A stretch of 64,000 nucleotides of DNA from positions 4,363 to 68,362 of the forward strand of contig JBMNOU010000004.1 in assembly GCA_050943215.1 (NCBI GenBank). Reading direction: 5' to 3'. Source of the stretch: Christensenellales bacterium. GTDB lineage: Bacteria; Bacillota; Clostridia; Christensenellales; SZUA-584. Below, piece by piece: positions 29,866 through 39,467 of this stretch. Made by a program: the position numbers and the translations under genes. Below the pieces are notes generated by a model. It was not told the DNA's origin. It worked only from the letters and a program-made list of their open reading frames with translations, and did not search any database. Numbering within the stretch: the stretch's first letter is position 1; each line of letters opens with the position of its first letter.

Positions 29866-30504
29866 ATGCAACATCTCGGACTTAAGCAACGGGCATATCA
29901 AATCATCAAGGATAAGCTTTTGAATCTGGAATTCGAACCCGGCAGCCGGATTCGGGAAGACCTTCTGGCGAATGAGATATCAATGAGCCGCACTCCGGTA
30001 CGTGAAGCCATCAATCAGCTGGCTGCAGAAGGGCTTATTACGATTATCCCGAGAAAAGGGATTTTTTGCATTGATTTTAGCCTTAATGAGATAAAGGGTC
30101 TGCTAGATGTACGGCAAAGCCTTGAGAAGCTTGCGTTTGAAAAGTGCTTTGAACTCGTTGATGACAAACAACTTAAAAATTTAGAGCAGCTCAATGTCAA
30201 GTTTGAACAGGCTTTAGCTAGCAAGCAATATAAAAGGTGCAATGAGCTCGATAGTGAATTTCATATCGCGATAGCCAAAGTATCAAAGAATAAAAAACTC
30301 GTTGAATTTATTATAGAAATTGAAGAATTTATGCATATTGTTAGGCATCTTGAGAAAAAGACAGATGCAAACGAAAAAAATTCAACTGCTCTTAAACAGC
30401 ATAAAGTCATCATACAATGCATCAAATCAAGAGATCTTCAACGCGCTATTAACGAGCTCGAAAACAATATCAAAAGCATGAAAGAGCATCTGGGAATAAA
30501 TTGA
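29866..30504 (+). CDS. GntR-family transcriptional regulator (FadR/FCD subfamily)
   Basis: N-terminal winged HTH (ISMSRTPVREAINQLAAEGLITIIPRKG) and an all-helical FCD-like C-terminal domain. Confidence 0.85.
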   Translation: MQHLGLKQRAYQIIKDKLLNLEFEPGSRIREDLLANEISMSRTPVREAINQLAAEGLITIIPRKGIFCIDFSLNEIKGLLDVRQSLEKLAFEKCFELVDDKQLKNLEQLNVKFEQALASKQYKRCNELDSEFHIAIAKVSKNKKLVEFIIEIEEFMHIVRHLEKKTDANEKNSTALKQHKVIIQCIKSRDLQRAINELENNIKSMKEHLGIN

Positions 30505-30675
30505 TCCTGAAAACGGATATCCGTAAGCCAGATCCAGGTCATCAAGCCGATGCTTAGATATAAAGGAATTTTAAAGCTAATTGGTGTTAAGACGGCCCTT
30601 AGCGAGCGGTTAAAGAAGCTATTGAAATGAAAATAAAATAACAAATGAATTTAGTTTAATTCGAGGTGGTTTATC

Positions 30676-31233
30676 ATGAACAATGAATTGTTGCGTATTT
30701 ATCAGATTCTCAAAGACCATGAAAAGGATGACTTTAGGCAATTCTATACATCGGGTTTTCAGGCGGAAGGTTTGTATGGCTGCTGCGGTCAGTGTACTGT
30801 TTTTCCATTTGTTCAGATGCTGAAAGTTGACAGCGGGTTATTTAAATATGCGTCTGGTTTTTGCGCGGGAGAAGGCCAGATGGGGCAATACCCCTGCGGC
30901 GCGTTCAACGGTGGCATCCTTGTTTTATCATACCTTTTTGGGCGCGATATCGAACAGACACAGAGCGATATCGATTTTAGCAAGACATATTTTAGGAACA
31001 CATGCCGGCTAGTGAGGGAATTTGAGAAAAGATTCAAAACCGTTTTTGATGATGTATTGTGCAAAAACGTACAGCATAAGATCTTTGGCCGCTCTTTTAT
31101 GATGCTTGACAGCGAGGACTACGCCGTATTCGAGCAGATGGGCGGGCATGTCGATAAATGTACGAATGTTGTCGGAACAAGCGCCCGGATTATAGCACGG
31201 ATCATTTACGAAGAATTAGATAGAATGTTGTAA
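30676..31233 (+). CDS. C_GCAxxG_C_C family protein (putative redox-active, function unknown)
   Basis: 185 aa with the ordered Cys pattern of the family: GCCGQC, then YPCGAFNGG (the GCAxxG-type motif), then LCKNV and KCTNV. Confidence 0.7.
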   Translation: MNNELLRIYQILKDHEKDDFRQFYTSGFQAEGLYGCCGQCTVFPFVQMLKVDSGLFKYASGFCAGEGQMGQYPCGAFNGGILVLSYLFGRDIEQTQSDIDFSKTYFRNTCRLVREFEKRFKTVFDDVLCKNVQHKIFGRSFMMLDSEDYAVFEQMGGHVDKCTNVVGTSARIIARIIYEELDRML

Positions 31234-31290
31234 TTTGGGATTTATCCAAATATATTTAAGAAATGCGAAAGAATAAAAGGAGGAGTAGCA

Positions 31291-32253
31291 ATGACTAAAA
31301 TTGTGGTTTTAGATGGATATACGGAAAACCCAGGCGACCTTTCCTGGGACGATCTGGCTTCGCTCGGTGAGCTTACTGTCTATGACAGAACACCTGCAGA
31401 TAAGATCATAGAACGTATCGGGGACGCTGATGCAGTATATACGAATAAAACGCCGATAACCCGTGAGACAATCGGTGCGAGCAGCCGTTTAAAGTTTATT
31501 GGCGTGCTGGCAACCGGATATAATGTTGTGGACGTAGATGCTGCGAAGGAAAAAGGCATTGCGGTATGCAACATTCCGACATACGGCACAGCGGCGGTCG
31601 GTCAGTTTGCTATTGCGATGCTGCTTGAGATCTGCCATCATATTGCGCACCATAGCGATGCCGTTTTTGCAGGGCGCTGGACAAATAATGTCGATTGGTG
31701 TTTTTGGGACTATCCGTTGATCGAGCTGATGGACAAAACGATGGGTATTATAGGATATGGCCGTATTGGCCAGACAACCGGCCGGATTGCACAGGCGCTT
31801 GGAATGAAAGTGCTGGCATATGATAATTATAAAGACCCTGCACTAGAAAATGACACCTGCCGATATGTTGAGCTAAATGAACTTTTGACCAGCTCGGATG
31901 TGATCGCTCTTCACTGTCCACTGTTTCCTGATACGGAAGGCATTATCAACAAGGAGACGATTGCGAAGATGAAGGATGGTGTAATAATATTGAACAACAG
32001 CCGCGGGCCGTTGATCGTTGAGCAGGATTTGGCCGATGCCCTGAATAGTGGCAAGGTTTATGCAGCCGGGCTCGACGTGGTATCGACAGAGCCGATCAAG
32101 CCGGATAATCCGCTCTTAAAAGCAAAGAACTGCTTTATCACGCCGCATATCAGCTGGGCCCCTAAGGAGAGTCGTCAGAGACTAATGAATATTGCAGTGG
32201 ATAATTTAAGACAGTTTCTCGCGGGCAACCCGGTTAATGTCGTGAATAAATAA
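31291..32253 (+). CDS. D-isomer-specific 2-hydroxyacid dehydrogenase (glycerate dehydrogenase/hydroxypyruvate reductase-like)
   Basis: NAD-binding GIIGYGRIGQ, the catalytic-domain pattern (NNSRGPLI, TPHISW) and an AAAAGGAGG RBS. Confidence 0.85.
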   Translation: MTKIVVLDGYTENPGDLSWDDLASLGELTVYDRTPADKIIERIGDADAVYTNKTPITRETIGASSRLKFIGVLATGYNVVDVDAAKEKGIAVCNIPTYGTAAVGQFAIAMLLEICHHIAHHSDAVFAGRWTNNVDWCFWDYPLIELMDKTMGIIGYGRIGQTTGRIAQALGMKVLAYDNYKDPALENDTCRYVELNELLTSSDVIALHCPLFPDTEGIINKETIAKMKDGVIILNNSRGPLIVEQDLADALNSGKVYAAGLDVVSTEPIKPDNPLLKAKNCFITPHISWAPKESRQRLMNIAVDNLRQFLAGNPVNVVNK

Positions 32254-32255
32254 AC

Positions 32256-32295
32256 AAAAAAGGGATGAAGACATAAATCGCTTCATCCCTTTTTC
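32256..32295 (+). terminator. Rho-independent terminator after the hydroxyacid dehydrogenase gene
   Basis: 10-bp perfect stem AGGGATGAAG / CTTCATCCCT (32261-32270 / 32281-32290), an A-tract before it and TTTT after. Confidence 0.85.
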
Positions 32296-32350
32296 ATATA
32301 CAAGCAATCAAAGATATTATATTTACGTAATTATATTTGAGTAAATATAA

Positions 32351-32379
32351 TTGACTTTGAATATTCTGTGTGATAGTAT
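32351..32379 (+). promoter_or_regulatory. Sigma-A-like promoter (extended -10) for the E1-SDR-E2-GntR-E3 unit
   Basis: TTGACT (32351-32356), 17-nt spacer ending TGa, TAGTAT (32374-32379). Confidence 0.55.
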
Positions 32380-32417
32380 TTATATAAAAAACAAATCCAT
32401 GCAAAGGGGTTGTTGTC

Positions 32418-34892
32418 TTGCCAAAATCACTATTTGTCAATCCGGAATCTGAGAGAAAACGAGGTAAAATCGTTTTCAAAGATATTGATTTGAATGCCTA
32501 TCAAAAGACGCTTAAAGATATAAAAGATGCTTTCCCTGCGGACGATTTGCTCAATCTATTCAGTGACATGCGCCTTATACGCGAGTTTGAGACAATGCTG
32601 GCCGGCACACGTACCGTAAAGGAATATAATGGCGTTCAATATTCTTATACTGGTCCTGCACACCTTTACCTTGGTCAGGAGGCTGTTTCGGTCGGCCAGG
32701 CTTACGCGCTAGATCTTAATGATTATACGTTCGGCAACCACAGAAGCCACGGTGAGGTGATTGCGCGCGGCATGTCCGCGATCAGAGAACTTGGGAATGT
32801 GGATTTATACGATGTTATGAAGCAGTTTAAAGACGGGCGGATACTTGGCAACGTCGAAAGCTTTTCCAAAAACAACGGTGACATCAAAGAGCTGGCGGTT
32901 GATTTTTTCCTTTATGGTTTTATGACAGAGATTTTCGGCAGAGAAGTTGGTTTTACCGGCGGGCTTGGCAATTCTATGCACGTTTTTTTCATACCGTTCG
33001 GGATTTATCCTAACAACGCGATTGTCGGGGCCGCGGACGCAATCGGTTCCGGCGCGGCGCTTTATAAAAAGCTGATGAAACAGTCTGGCATTTGCGTTGT
33101 CAATACCGGGGACGGCGCGCTGAGCACGGGCACTGCTTGGGAAGCGATCAATTTTGCCGCGATGAGACAATATCAAAAGCTGTGGGATGACGAGTATAAG
33201 GGCGGGCTGCCGGTGATATTTAACTTCATCAACAATTTCTACGCGATGAGCGGTCAGACGATAGGAGAAACCATGGGGTTTGACTATTTGGCCCGCGTGG
33301 GCGCTGCTTTCAACCCAGATCAGCTGCATGCCGAAAGGATAGATGGATACAACATATTTGCTGTGATCGATGCGTTCAATCGCAAAAAACAGCTTGTGAT
33401 TGACAAAAAAGGGCCGGTATTGCTAGAGACGATTACATATCGCCACAGCGGGCATTCGGTAACCGATCAAAACGCGTATCGGACTAAGGAAGAGATGGAC
33501 GCGTGGATGCAAACAGATGCGCTAACCCGGTATAAGACGGATATGATTGCGCAGGGGCTGATTTCGCAAAACGCGGCCGATAAGATCGAACAAGGATGGA
33601 AGAGCCGGATTACTAAGATATTAAAGCATGCAATCGACCCTGATCTATCTCCGAGGATGAACTTCTTTTCCGATCCGGACGCTATTGCGCGCAGTATGTT
33701 TTCTAACGGATATATAAAAAAGATGGGTGATACAAAGCCTAAGGTCATTGGTGAAAAATCAGACAATTCAAGGGCCAAAAAGATTGACAGAAAATCAAGG
33801 ATAGGTGTTGACGAAAATGGCAACATCCTTTCTGCTTTAAAGGCATATACATACCGCGATGCTATATTCGAAGCGCTGCTCGATAAATTTTATGAGGATC
33901 CGACGATGATCATGTTTGGAGAGGATATACGCGAGCACGGCAATTCGTTCGGCGTGCTTCAGGGGCTGTACGAATCTGTTCCAAGACACCGGATGTTCAA
34001 CGCGCCGATTGCAGAAGCTTCGATCATATCTGCAGCAGTCGGATATGCCATATGCGGGGGACGGGCTGTTCCCGAGATCATGTGGTGCGATTTTCTTGGC
34101 CGGTGCGGAGACGAGCTGTTTAACCAGCTTGCAAAATGGCAAGGCATGAGCAATGGAGTGCTAAAAATGCCCTGCGTTGTGCGCGTTTCCGTGGGTGCCT
34201 ATTACGGCGCACAGCATTCGCAGGACTGGACATCGCTATGCACGCATATTCCCGGCCTAAAGGTAGTATATCCGGCATCACCGTATGACGCGAAGGGTTT
34301 GCTGAATGCGGCGCTTTGCGCAACAGATCCGGTTATGTTCTTTGAAAGCCAGAAGCTTTACGATAAAGGAGAGATGTTTGTGCCTCTCGGTGTGCCGGCA
34401 GGATATTACGAAGTGCCGATCGGCAAATGCGATATCAAACGGGCCGGAACGGATATCACCATTCTTACAATTGGCCCTGCGCTGTATCCGGCGATGGAAG
34501 CGGCAAGCGTGCTGCAAAAGCGTTTCGGACTTGAGGCCGAGGTCATTGATACGCGTACGCTGGTTCCTTTCGATTATGAAACGGTAATCGAATCGCTTAA
34601 AAAGACAAACAGGATCGCAATTGTCACCGACAGCTGCGAACGCGGCAGTTACGCAAAGACGGTATCGAGCAACCTGACCGAATTTGCGTTTAACTATTTG
34701 GACGCTCCGCCCGCCGTTATCGGATCGCGTAATTGGGTTTCGCCATGTCCCGAGCTCGAGAAGTTTTTCTTTCCTCAGCAGGATATTATTCTCGATACGA
34801 TCCATACCAGACTGAAAAAGCTGCCTGGCTATGCGCCGGTATTCGATGTATCTATTAAAGAGAGGCTTCGCTGCGAAAAACTTGGAATCTAA
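32418..34892 (+). CDS. Fused E1 alpha-beta component of a thiamine-diphosphate-dependent 2-oxoacid/acetoin-type dehydrogenase
   Basis: A single 824-aa ORF with a TTG start behind AAAGGGG. The N-half has the E1-alpha TPP motif (NTGDGALSTG...NFINNF) and YRHSGHSVTD. The C-half reads like E1-beta (FGEDIREHGNSFGVLQGL, NAPIAEASIISAAVGYA, C-terminal transketolase-like domain). Confidence 0.85.
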   Translation: MPKSLFVNPESERKRGKIVFKDIDLNAYQKTLKDIKDAFPADDLLNLFSDMRLIREFETMLAGTRTVKEYNGVQYSYTGPAHLYLGQEAVSVGQAYALDLNDYTFGNHRSHGEVIARGMSAIRELGNVDLYDVMKQFKDGRILGNVESFSKNNGDIKELAVDFFLYGFMTEIFGREVGFTGGLGNSMHVFFIPFGIYPNNAIVGAADAIGSGAALYKKLMKQSGICVVNTGDGALSTGTAWEAINFAAMRQYQKLWDDEYKGGLPVIFNFINNFYAMSGQTIGETMGFDYLARVGAAFNPDQLHAERIDGYNIFAVIDAFNRKKQLVIDKKGPVLLETITYRHSGHSVTDQNAYRTKEEMDAWMQTDALTRYKTDMIAQGLISQNAADKIEQGWKSRITKILKHAIDPDLSPRMNFFSDPDAIARSMFSNGYIKKMGDTKPKVIGEKSDNSRAKKIDRKSRIGVDENGNILSALKAYTYRDAIFEALLDKFYEDPTMIMFGEDIREHGNSFGVLQGLYESVPRHRMFNAPIAEASIISAAVGYAICGGRAVPEIMWCDFLGRCGDELFNQLAKWQGMSNGVLKMPCVVRVSVGAYYGAQHSQDWTSLCTHIPGLKVVYPASPYDAKGLLNAALCATDPVMFFESQKLYDKGEMFVPLGVPAGYYEVPIGKCDIKRAGTDITILTIGPALYPAMEAASVLQKRFGLEAEVIDTRTLVPFDYETVIESLKKTNRIAIVTDSCERGSYAKTVSSNLTEFAFNYLDAPPAVIGSRNWVSPCPELEKFFFPQQDIILDTIHTRLKKLPGYAPVFDVSIKERLRCEKLGI

Positions 34893-34983
34893 GAGCCTTC
34901 AATCGAAGCCAAACGCACTTTGAAATGAAAACACAAGGATATATATTTAATAAAGCGTAAAAATAAGGCAAGGAGAGTGTTTT

Positions 34984-35724
34984 ATGATTAACCAAAACGA
35001 TTTAAAAGACAAAGTCGCGATAGTCACCGGCGGGGCACGGGGGATTGGATTTGAATCAGCCAGACTCCTTGGCGAGCATGGCGCAGATGTTGTCATTGCT
35101 GACATCCGGATAGGGCTGGCCGAAGAGTCATGCCAAAAGCTAAGGGGCGAGGGCTTAAGTGCGATGCCCGTAGAAGTCGACGTGAGGGAACCCGATTCCA
35201 TCAATCGGATGGTCGACGCCGTTATTGAAAAATATGGGCATATCGATATCTTGGTAAACAATGCAGGCGTTGTTGATGCTACCCCGATGCTGGACCTTAC
35301 CATGGAAGCGTGGGACAACCTCATTGATATCAATCTAAGGGGAGTACAGCTTTGCACGCAGGCCTGCTTAAGGAAGATGATAGGGCAAGGGCATGGCAAA
35401 ATCGTGTTTATGGCATCGCGCGCCGGTGAAATGGGAAGCGACAAAGTAGCGCCCAGCTATTGCGCATCGAAGGGCGGCGTGCTGGCGCTGGCTAAATCAT
35501 ACGCGATATATTGTGCGCCGTATAACATCAACTGCAATGCGATTGCGCCTGGGTTTATCGAAACGGATATGACAAAGGGAAGAGATGACCCGAATTCTGT
35601 GCCGATCAAAAGACTCGGAACGCCGCTTGATGTAGCGAAATCGGTGTATTTTTTGTCATCGGATTTATCTGATTATATTACAGGGGCAATTATAGACGTA
35701 AATGGCGGTCTGTATATCAGATAA
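34984..35724 (+). CDS. Short-chain dehydrogenase/reductase (FabG / acetoin-reductase-like)
   Basis: TGGARGIG cofactor motif, NNAG, and the catalytic S...YCASK. Confidence 0.85.
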   Translation: MINQNDLKDKVAIVTGGARGIGFESARLLGEHGADVVIADIRIGLAEESCQKLRGEGLSAMPVEVDVREPDSINRMVDAVIEKYGHIDILVNNAGVVDATPMLDLTMEAWDNLIDINLRGVQLCTQACLRKMIGQGHGKIVFMASRAGEMGSDKVAPSYCASKGGVLALAKSYAIYCAPYNINCNAIAPGFIETDMTKGRDDPNSVPIKRLGTPLDVAKSVYFLSSDLSDYITGAIIDVNGGLYIR

Positions 35725-35754
35725 CACACGCATTTAGAAAGAGGAAAAGTAACA

Positions 35755-37239
35755 ATGGCTTATTTTGTGTTGCTGCCGCAAAAAGGTCTCACGGAAGAGA
35801 GCGCGGTTTTGTCGGCTTGGCATGTCGAAGAAGGAGATCAAGTCAAAGAGGGGGACGACCTCTTTGACATAGAGACCGGTAAAGCGACATTCAGTGTCGA
35901 AAGCGAGACTGCGGGGACCGTGCTCGAGATTATCGCAAAAGAGGGGCAAGAGATTCCCATCAAGAGCGTTGTGTGCGTGATTGGTTCTAAAGGTGAAACA
36001 TATACGCTGCCCGGCTCAGAGAATGCGGTGCCGGAAGTGTTGGCCCCGCAGCAGGATAGCGTGACATTTGTGCTGATGCCACAAAAAGGTCTCACGGAAG
36101 AGAGTGCGGTCTTGTCGGCGTGGCATGTAAAACGGGGAGATCAAGTTAAAGAGGGAGATATACTTTTTGACATAGAGACAGGAAAAGCGACGTTTAGCGT
36201 AGAGAGCGAAGCCGCAGGCACGGTGCTCCAAACTATCGGCAACGAAGGCGACGAAATACCGATAAAGAGCGTCGTTTGCGTCATCGGCCCCAAGGAAGCA
36301 AAATATTCTCTGCCTCAGCAAAACAGCCAGGTGCAAAATAAAGCATCCTTGCCCGAAGAAACAAAGCCGCAAACTGCGCCGCCTTTGCCGGATGGGAACG
36401 GACGTATTTTTATTTCACCACCCGCTAGAATACTCGCCGAACAGCTTGGTATCGACATCCGAACGGTTATCCCTTCCGGAGAAGAGAACCGCATTACGGT
36501 TGATGATGTAAAACAAGCAGCCCAAAAACGCGAAAACTCAAAACCGGATGAAAATGCGGTGGCAGAATACCGGGTCGTCAAAAATTCAAATATAAGGAAG
36601 ATAACTGCCCGCAACATGATGCGCTCGCTTCAGGGCATGGCGCAGTTTACGCTGCATAGCTATTTTGACGCTACCAGTATTCTGTCTCTCAGGGAAAAAT
36701 ACAAAGAGGATAATATTGACATTTCGCTTAGCAGCATGATAGTATTCGCCATTTCAAGGACAATACTCGCTTATCCCGAGCTGAATGCGCATTTTACCGA
36801 AGAGGAGACAAAACTTTTTTCTGATGTCCATGTCGGCGTGGCGGTAGACACGAAAAACGGTCTGATCGTTCCTACGGTTTTTGAAGCGAACAAAAAGAGC
36901 CTGCCGCAGATTTCAGGTCAGATCAAATCGCTGGCTCAAAAGTGCAGGGACGATAAGATTATGCCTGATGAGATAACCGGCGGAACGTTTACAATATCTA
37001 ACCTTGGCGCGGCGAACATCACGTATTTCACGCCGATTATCGTTCCTCCGCAAACCGCTATACTCGGTGTCGGAAATATAGAATATAAGCCAATGCTTTC
37101 GGACCGGAGAATTACATTTCTCCCATCAATGAACGTCTCGCTGACGATAGACCACAGGGCGGTAGACGGGGCTCCCGCTGCCCGTTATTTAAAGATACTC
37201 TGCGGGGTGCTTGAGGACTTTACATCAATTTTAACATAA
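35755..37239 (+). CDS. Dihydrolipoamide acyltransferase (E2) with two N-terminal lipoyl domains
   Basis: Two lipoyl domains, each with DIETGKATFSVES (Lys43 and Lys144). Also a peripheral-subunit-binding segment (ISPPARILAEQLGIDI) and a catalytic domain with DHRAVDG. Confidence 0.9.
   Translation: MAYFVLLPQKGLTEESAVLSAWHVEEGDQVKEGDDLFDIETGKATFSVESETAGTVLEIIAKEGQEIPIKSVVCVIGSKGETYTLPGSENAVPEVLAPQQDSVTFVLMPQKGLTEESAVLSAWHVKRGDQVKEGDILFDIETGKATFSVESEAAGTVLQTIGNEGDEIPIKSVVCVIGPKEAKYSLPQQNSQVQNKASLPEETKPQTAPPLPDGNGRIFISPPARILAEQLGIDIRTVIPSGEENRITVDDVKQAAQKRENSKPDENAVAEYRVVKNSNIRKITARNMMRSLQGMAQFTLHSYFDATSILSLREKYKEDNIDISLSSMIVFAISRTILAYPELNAHFTEEETKLFSDVHVGVAVDTKNGLIVPTVFEANKKSLPQISGQIKSLAQKCRDDKIMPDEITGGTFTISNLGAANITYFTPIIVPPQTAILGVGNIEYKPMLSDRRITFLPSMNVSLTIDHRAVDGAPAARYLKILCGVLEDFTSILT
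35764..36012 (+). repeat. Lipoyl-domain duplication, copy 1
   Basis: Aligns to 36067-36315 at a 303-nt (101-codon) offset. By eye about 80% nucleotide identity with long identical runs (e.g. caaaaaggtctcacggaagagag). Confidence 0.9.
36067..36315 (+). repeat. Lipoyl-domain duplication, copy 2
   Basis: See copy 1. Confidence 0.9.
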
Positions 37240-37280
37240 CGAATCATTTTATATAATAAAACAGAGGTAGGAGAAACAGT

Positions 37281-37991
37281 GTGGATATCGAAAAATACAG
37301 AAGCATATCGCTTCTTGGTATTGTATACTCGCGAATTAAAGACGATATACTAAAAGGCAAGTATAAGCCGGGCGAAAGATTGGTTGTTAAAAAAATATCA
37401 CAGGAACTTGGAGTCAGCCATACGCCGATAAATGAATCCTTAAACAGGCTAGTTATCGAAGGATATGTCGAGTTTATCCCAAGAAAAGGGATGAAAGTCC
37501 GCGAGATCGATCTTGAAGAAATCAAGGACACTTATGAGATCAGGAAAATGATTGAGCTTTATTGCGCGGAATATACCATCCTTAAGGCTAAAGAGGACAG
37601 CGCTTACATCGATGAGATCAAAGGCTTTTCTAATATGATATCAAGCGGCTGCTATAAAGACGCTTATCAGGATCAATTCAACGCGTTTTTCGAAAATGAG
37701 TCGCAGTTTCACTTAAAGCAGGTAAGTGCCTGCAATAACAATAAGTTAATTAGTTTATATGAAAACCTTAAGGCCAATACGATGTTTTATAACAAAATTG
37801 TCTGCAGCGATATGCTGCTCACTGAAGCCCGATATAATGAAAGCATCAGCGAACATTCGAGCATCGTCGAGGCAATCGTAAAGTACGATATCGATCTGTT
37901 GAAAAGCTGTTTAAGCGCACATATAGAAAACGCGATCGGTTATATCATTGATTCATCAAAATTAACCAGCGAGAGGGCGGGCGGCAATTAG
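37281..37991 (+). CDS. GntR-family transcriptional regulator (FCD subfamily) embedded between E2 and E3
   Basis: GTG start behind GGTAGGAG. Winged HTH (ISQELGVSHTPINESLNRLVIEGYVEFIPRKG) plus a helical FCD-like domain. Confidence 0.8.
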   Translation: MDIEKYRSISLLGIVYSRIKDDILKGKYKPGERLVVKKISQELGVSHTPINESLNRLVIEGYVEFIPRKGMKVREIDLEEIKDTYEIRKMIELYCAEYTILKAKEDSAYIDEIKGFSNMISSGCYKDAYQDQFNAFFENESQFHLKQVSACNNNKLISLYENLKANTMFYNKIVCSDMLLTEARYNESISEHSSIVEAIVKYDIDLLKSCLSAHIENAIGYIIDSSKLTSERAGGN

Positions 37992-38089
37992 ACAAGGATC
38001 TTTTATAGAGCATGAATTGAAGATTTAAAACGGAATAACGCGCGGCAGGTTTCAGATAAGATATGCTGCCGTATTGGGAGATTGTCATA

Positions 38090-39448
38090 ATGTATGATCT
38101 GATTGTGATCGGCGGAGGGCCCGCGGGATACCGTGCCGCAGAAAGGGCAGGAAAGGCGGGTCTTAAGACACTGCTGATAGAAAAAAGGGAAGTAGGTGGC
38201 GTGTGCCTTAACGAAGGCTGCATCCCCACCAAAACATTACTGTATTCTGCAAAGCTCAAAGACAAAGCGAGAACCGGTGAAAAATATGGCGTATATGCTT
38301 CTGACATATTATTAAACCACCTATCGGTGCTTGCGCGAAAGAAAAGCGTCGTCAGCAAACTGGTTGCCGGCATTAAGATGCAGCTTAAGCAGGCTGGTGT
38401 GATATTGGTTAGCGGCGAGGCTGTGATTGCCGGAAAAAGCGAAGGGTTTGATATACGATGCGGCAAAGATCTGTATAGCGGCAAACAGCTGCTGATTGCC
38501 ACGGGTTCTGTTCCTGTTATTCCGCCGATACCCGGGCTCGGTGAGGCTCTTAAACACGGCTTTGCCATGACAAGCAGGGAGATACTTGATCTTGAGACAG
38601 TGCCGGCAAAACTTTTGGTTATCGGAGGCGGTGCAATCGGTCTTGAGCTTGCAAGCTATTTTACTTCGGCCGGATCGGAAGTGACAGTGATCGAAATGCT
38701 TGGTACAATCGGCGGTGCAATCGACAGGGATATTGCTAAAATATTAAAGAAGAACCTTGAAAGAAAAGGTATCCGTTTCCGGCTTGGGTGCACGGTTGCC
38801 GCAGTCGGAAAAAACACCGTAACGGTTAAGGATCAGTCCGAAAAGGAGGAGATTTACGCAGACCTTGTGCTGGTATGCGCTGGGAGGAAGGCGCACATAT
38901 ATAATCTGGGACTTGAAAACATCGGGGTAATGGCTCAGAATGGCGCGGTGCCAACGGACGATAAATTAATGACGAATATTCCGGGGGTATATGCGGCCGG
39001 CGATGTAAACGGCAAGTCGATGCTCGCGCATACGGCATACCGTGAGGCGGAGGTTGCAATCGATGGAATGACGGGCGGGACGGATGCGATGAGTTACCGT
39101 GCTGTGCCCGGCGTCATCTATACGAGCCCGGAAACCGCGGGGGTTGGTGAAACGGAAACTTCCGCCCGGGAGAAGGGGATGGATGTAACTGCAAAGGTAT
39201 TGAGCTTGCTGTATTCCGGCAGATATGCAGCCGAAAACGAAAATGGCGACGGTATCGCTAAGATATTGATAGACAACCAGGACGGCCGGATCGTCGGGTT
39301 TCATATGATCGGCAGTTATGCATCCGAAATCATATACGGTGCGTGCATGATGATCGAAAACAACATGACTGTAGAGCAAGCGAAAAAAATCATATTTCCG
39401 CATCCGACCGTGTCTGAAATTATTAGGGAGTGCTTGTTACTAATATGA
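38090..39448 (+). CDS. lpd: Dihydrolipoyl dehydrogenase (E3)
   Basis: FAD motif VIGGGPAGY, redox-active disulfide GGVCLNEGCIPTK, a second Rossmann motif VIGGGAIGLE and a C-terminal dimerisation domain ending HPTVSE. Start set at the ATG at 38090 behind GGGAG. Confidence 0.9.
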   Translation: MYDLIVIGGGPAGYRAAERAGKAGLKTLLIEKREVGGVCLNEGCIPTKTLLYSAKLKDKARTGEKYGVYASDILLNHLSVLARKKSVVSKLVAGIKMQLKQAGVILVSGEAVIAGKSEGFDIRCGKDLYSGKQLLIATGSVPVIPPIPGLGEALKHGFAMTSREILDLETVPAKLLVIGGGAIGLELASYFTSAGSEVTVIEMLGTIGGAIDRDIAKILKKNLERKGIRFRLGCTVAAVGKNTVTVKDQSEKEEIYADLVLVCAGRKAHIYNLGLENIGVMAQNGAVPTDDKLMTNIPGVYAAGDVNGKSMLAHTAYREAEVAIDGMTGGTDAMSYRAVPGVIYTSPETAGVGETETSAREKGMDVTAKVLSLLYSGRYAAENENGDGIAKILIDNQDGRIVGFHMIGSYASEIIYGACMMIENNMTVEQAKKIIFPHPTVSEIIRECLLLI

Positions 39449-39467
39449 GCAATAAAGACTGGTTTTT

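Noticed and set aside
37992-38089. Hairpin CGGCAG...CTGCCG between the embedded GntR gene and lpd, considered as a terminator
   Set aside because: No T-tract follows and lpd starts ~20 nt later with its own RBS. More likely a processing or attenuating structure, or chance. Not enough evidence to call.
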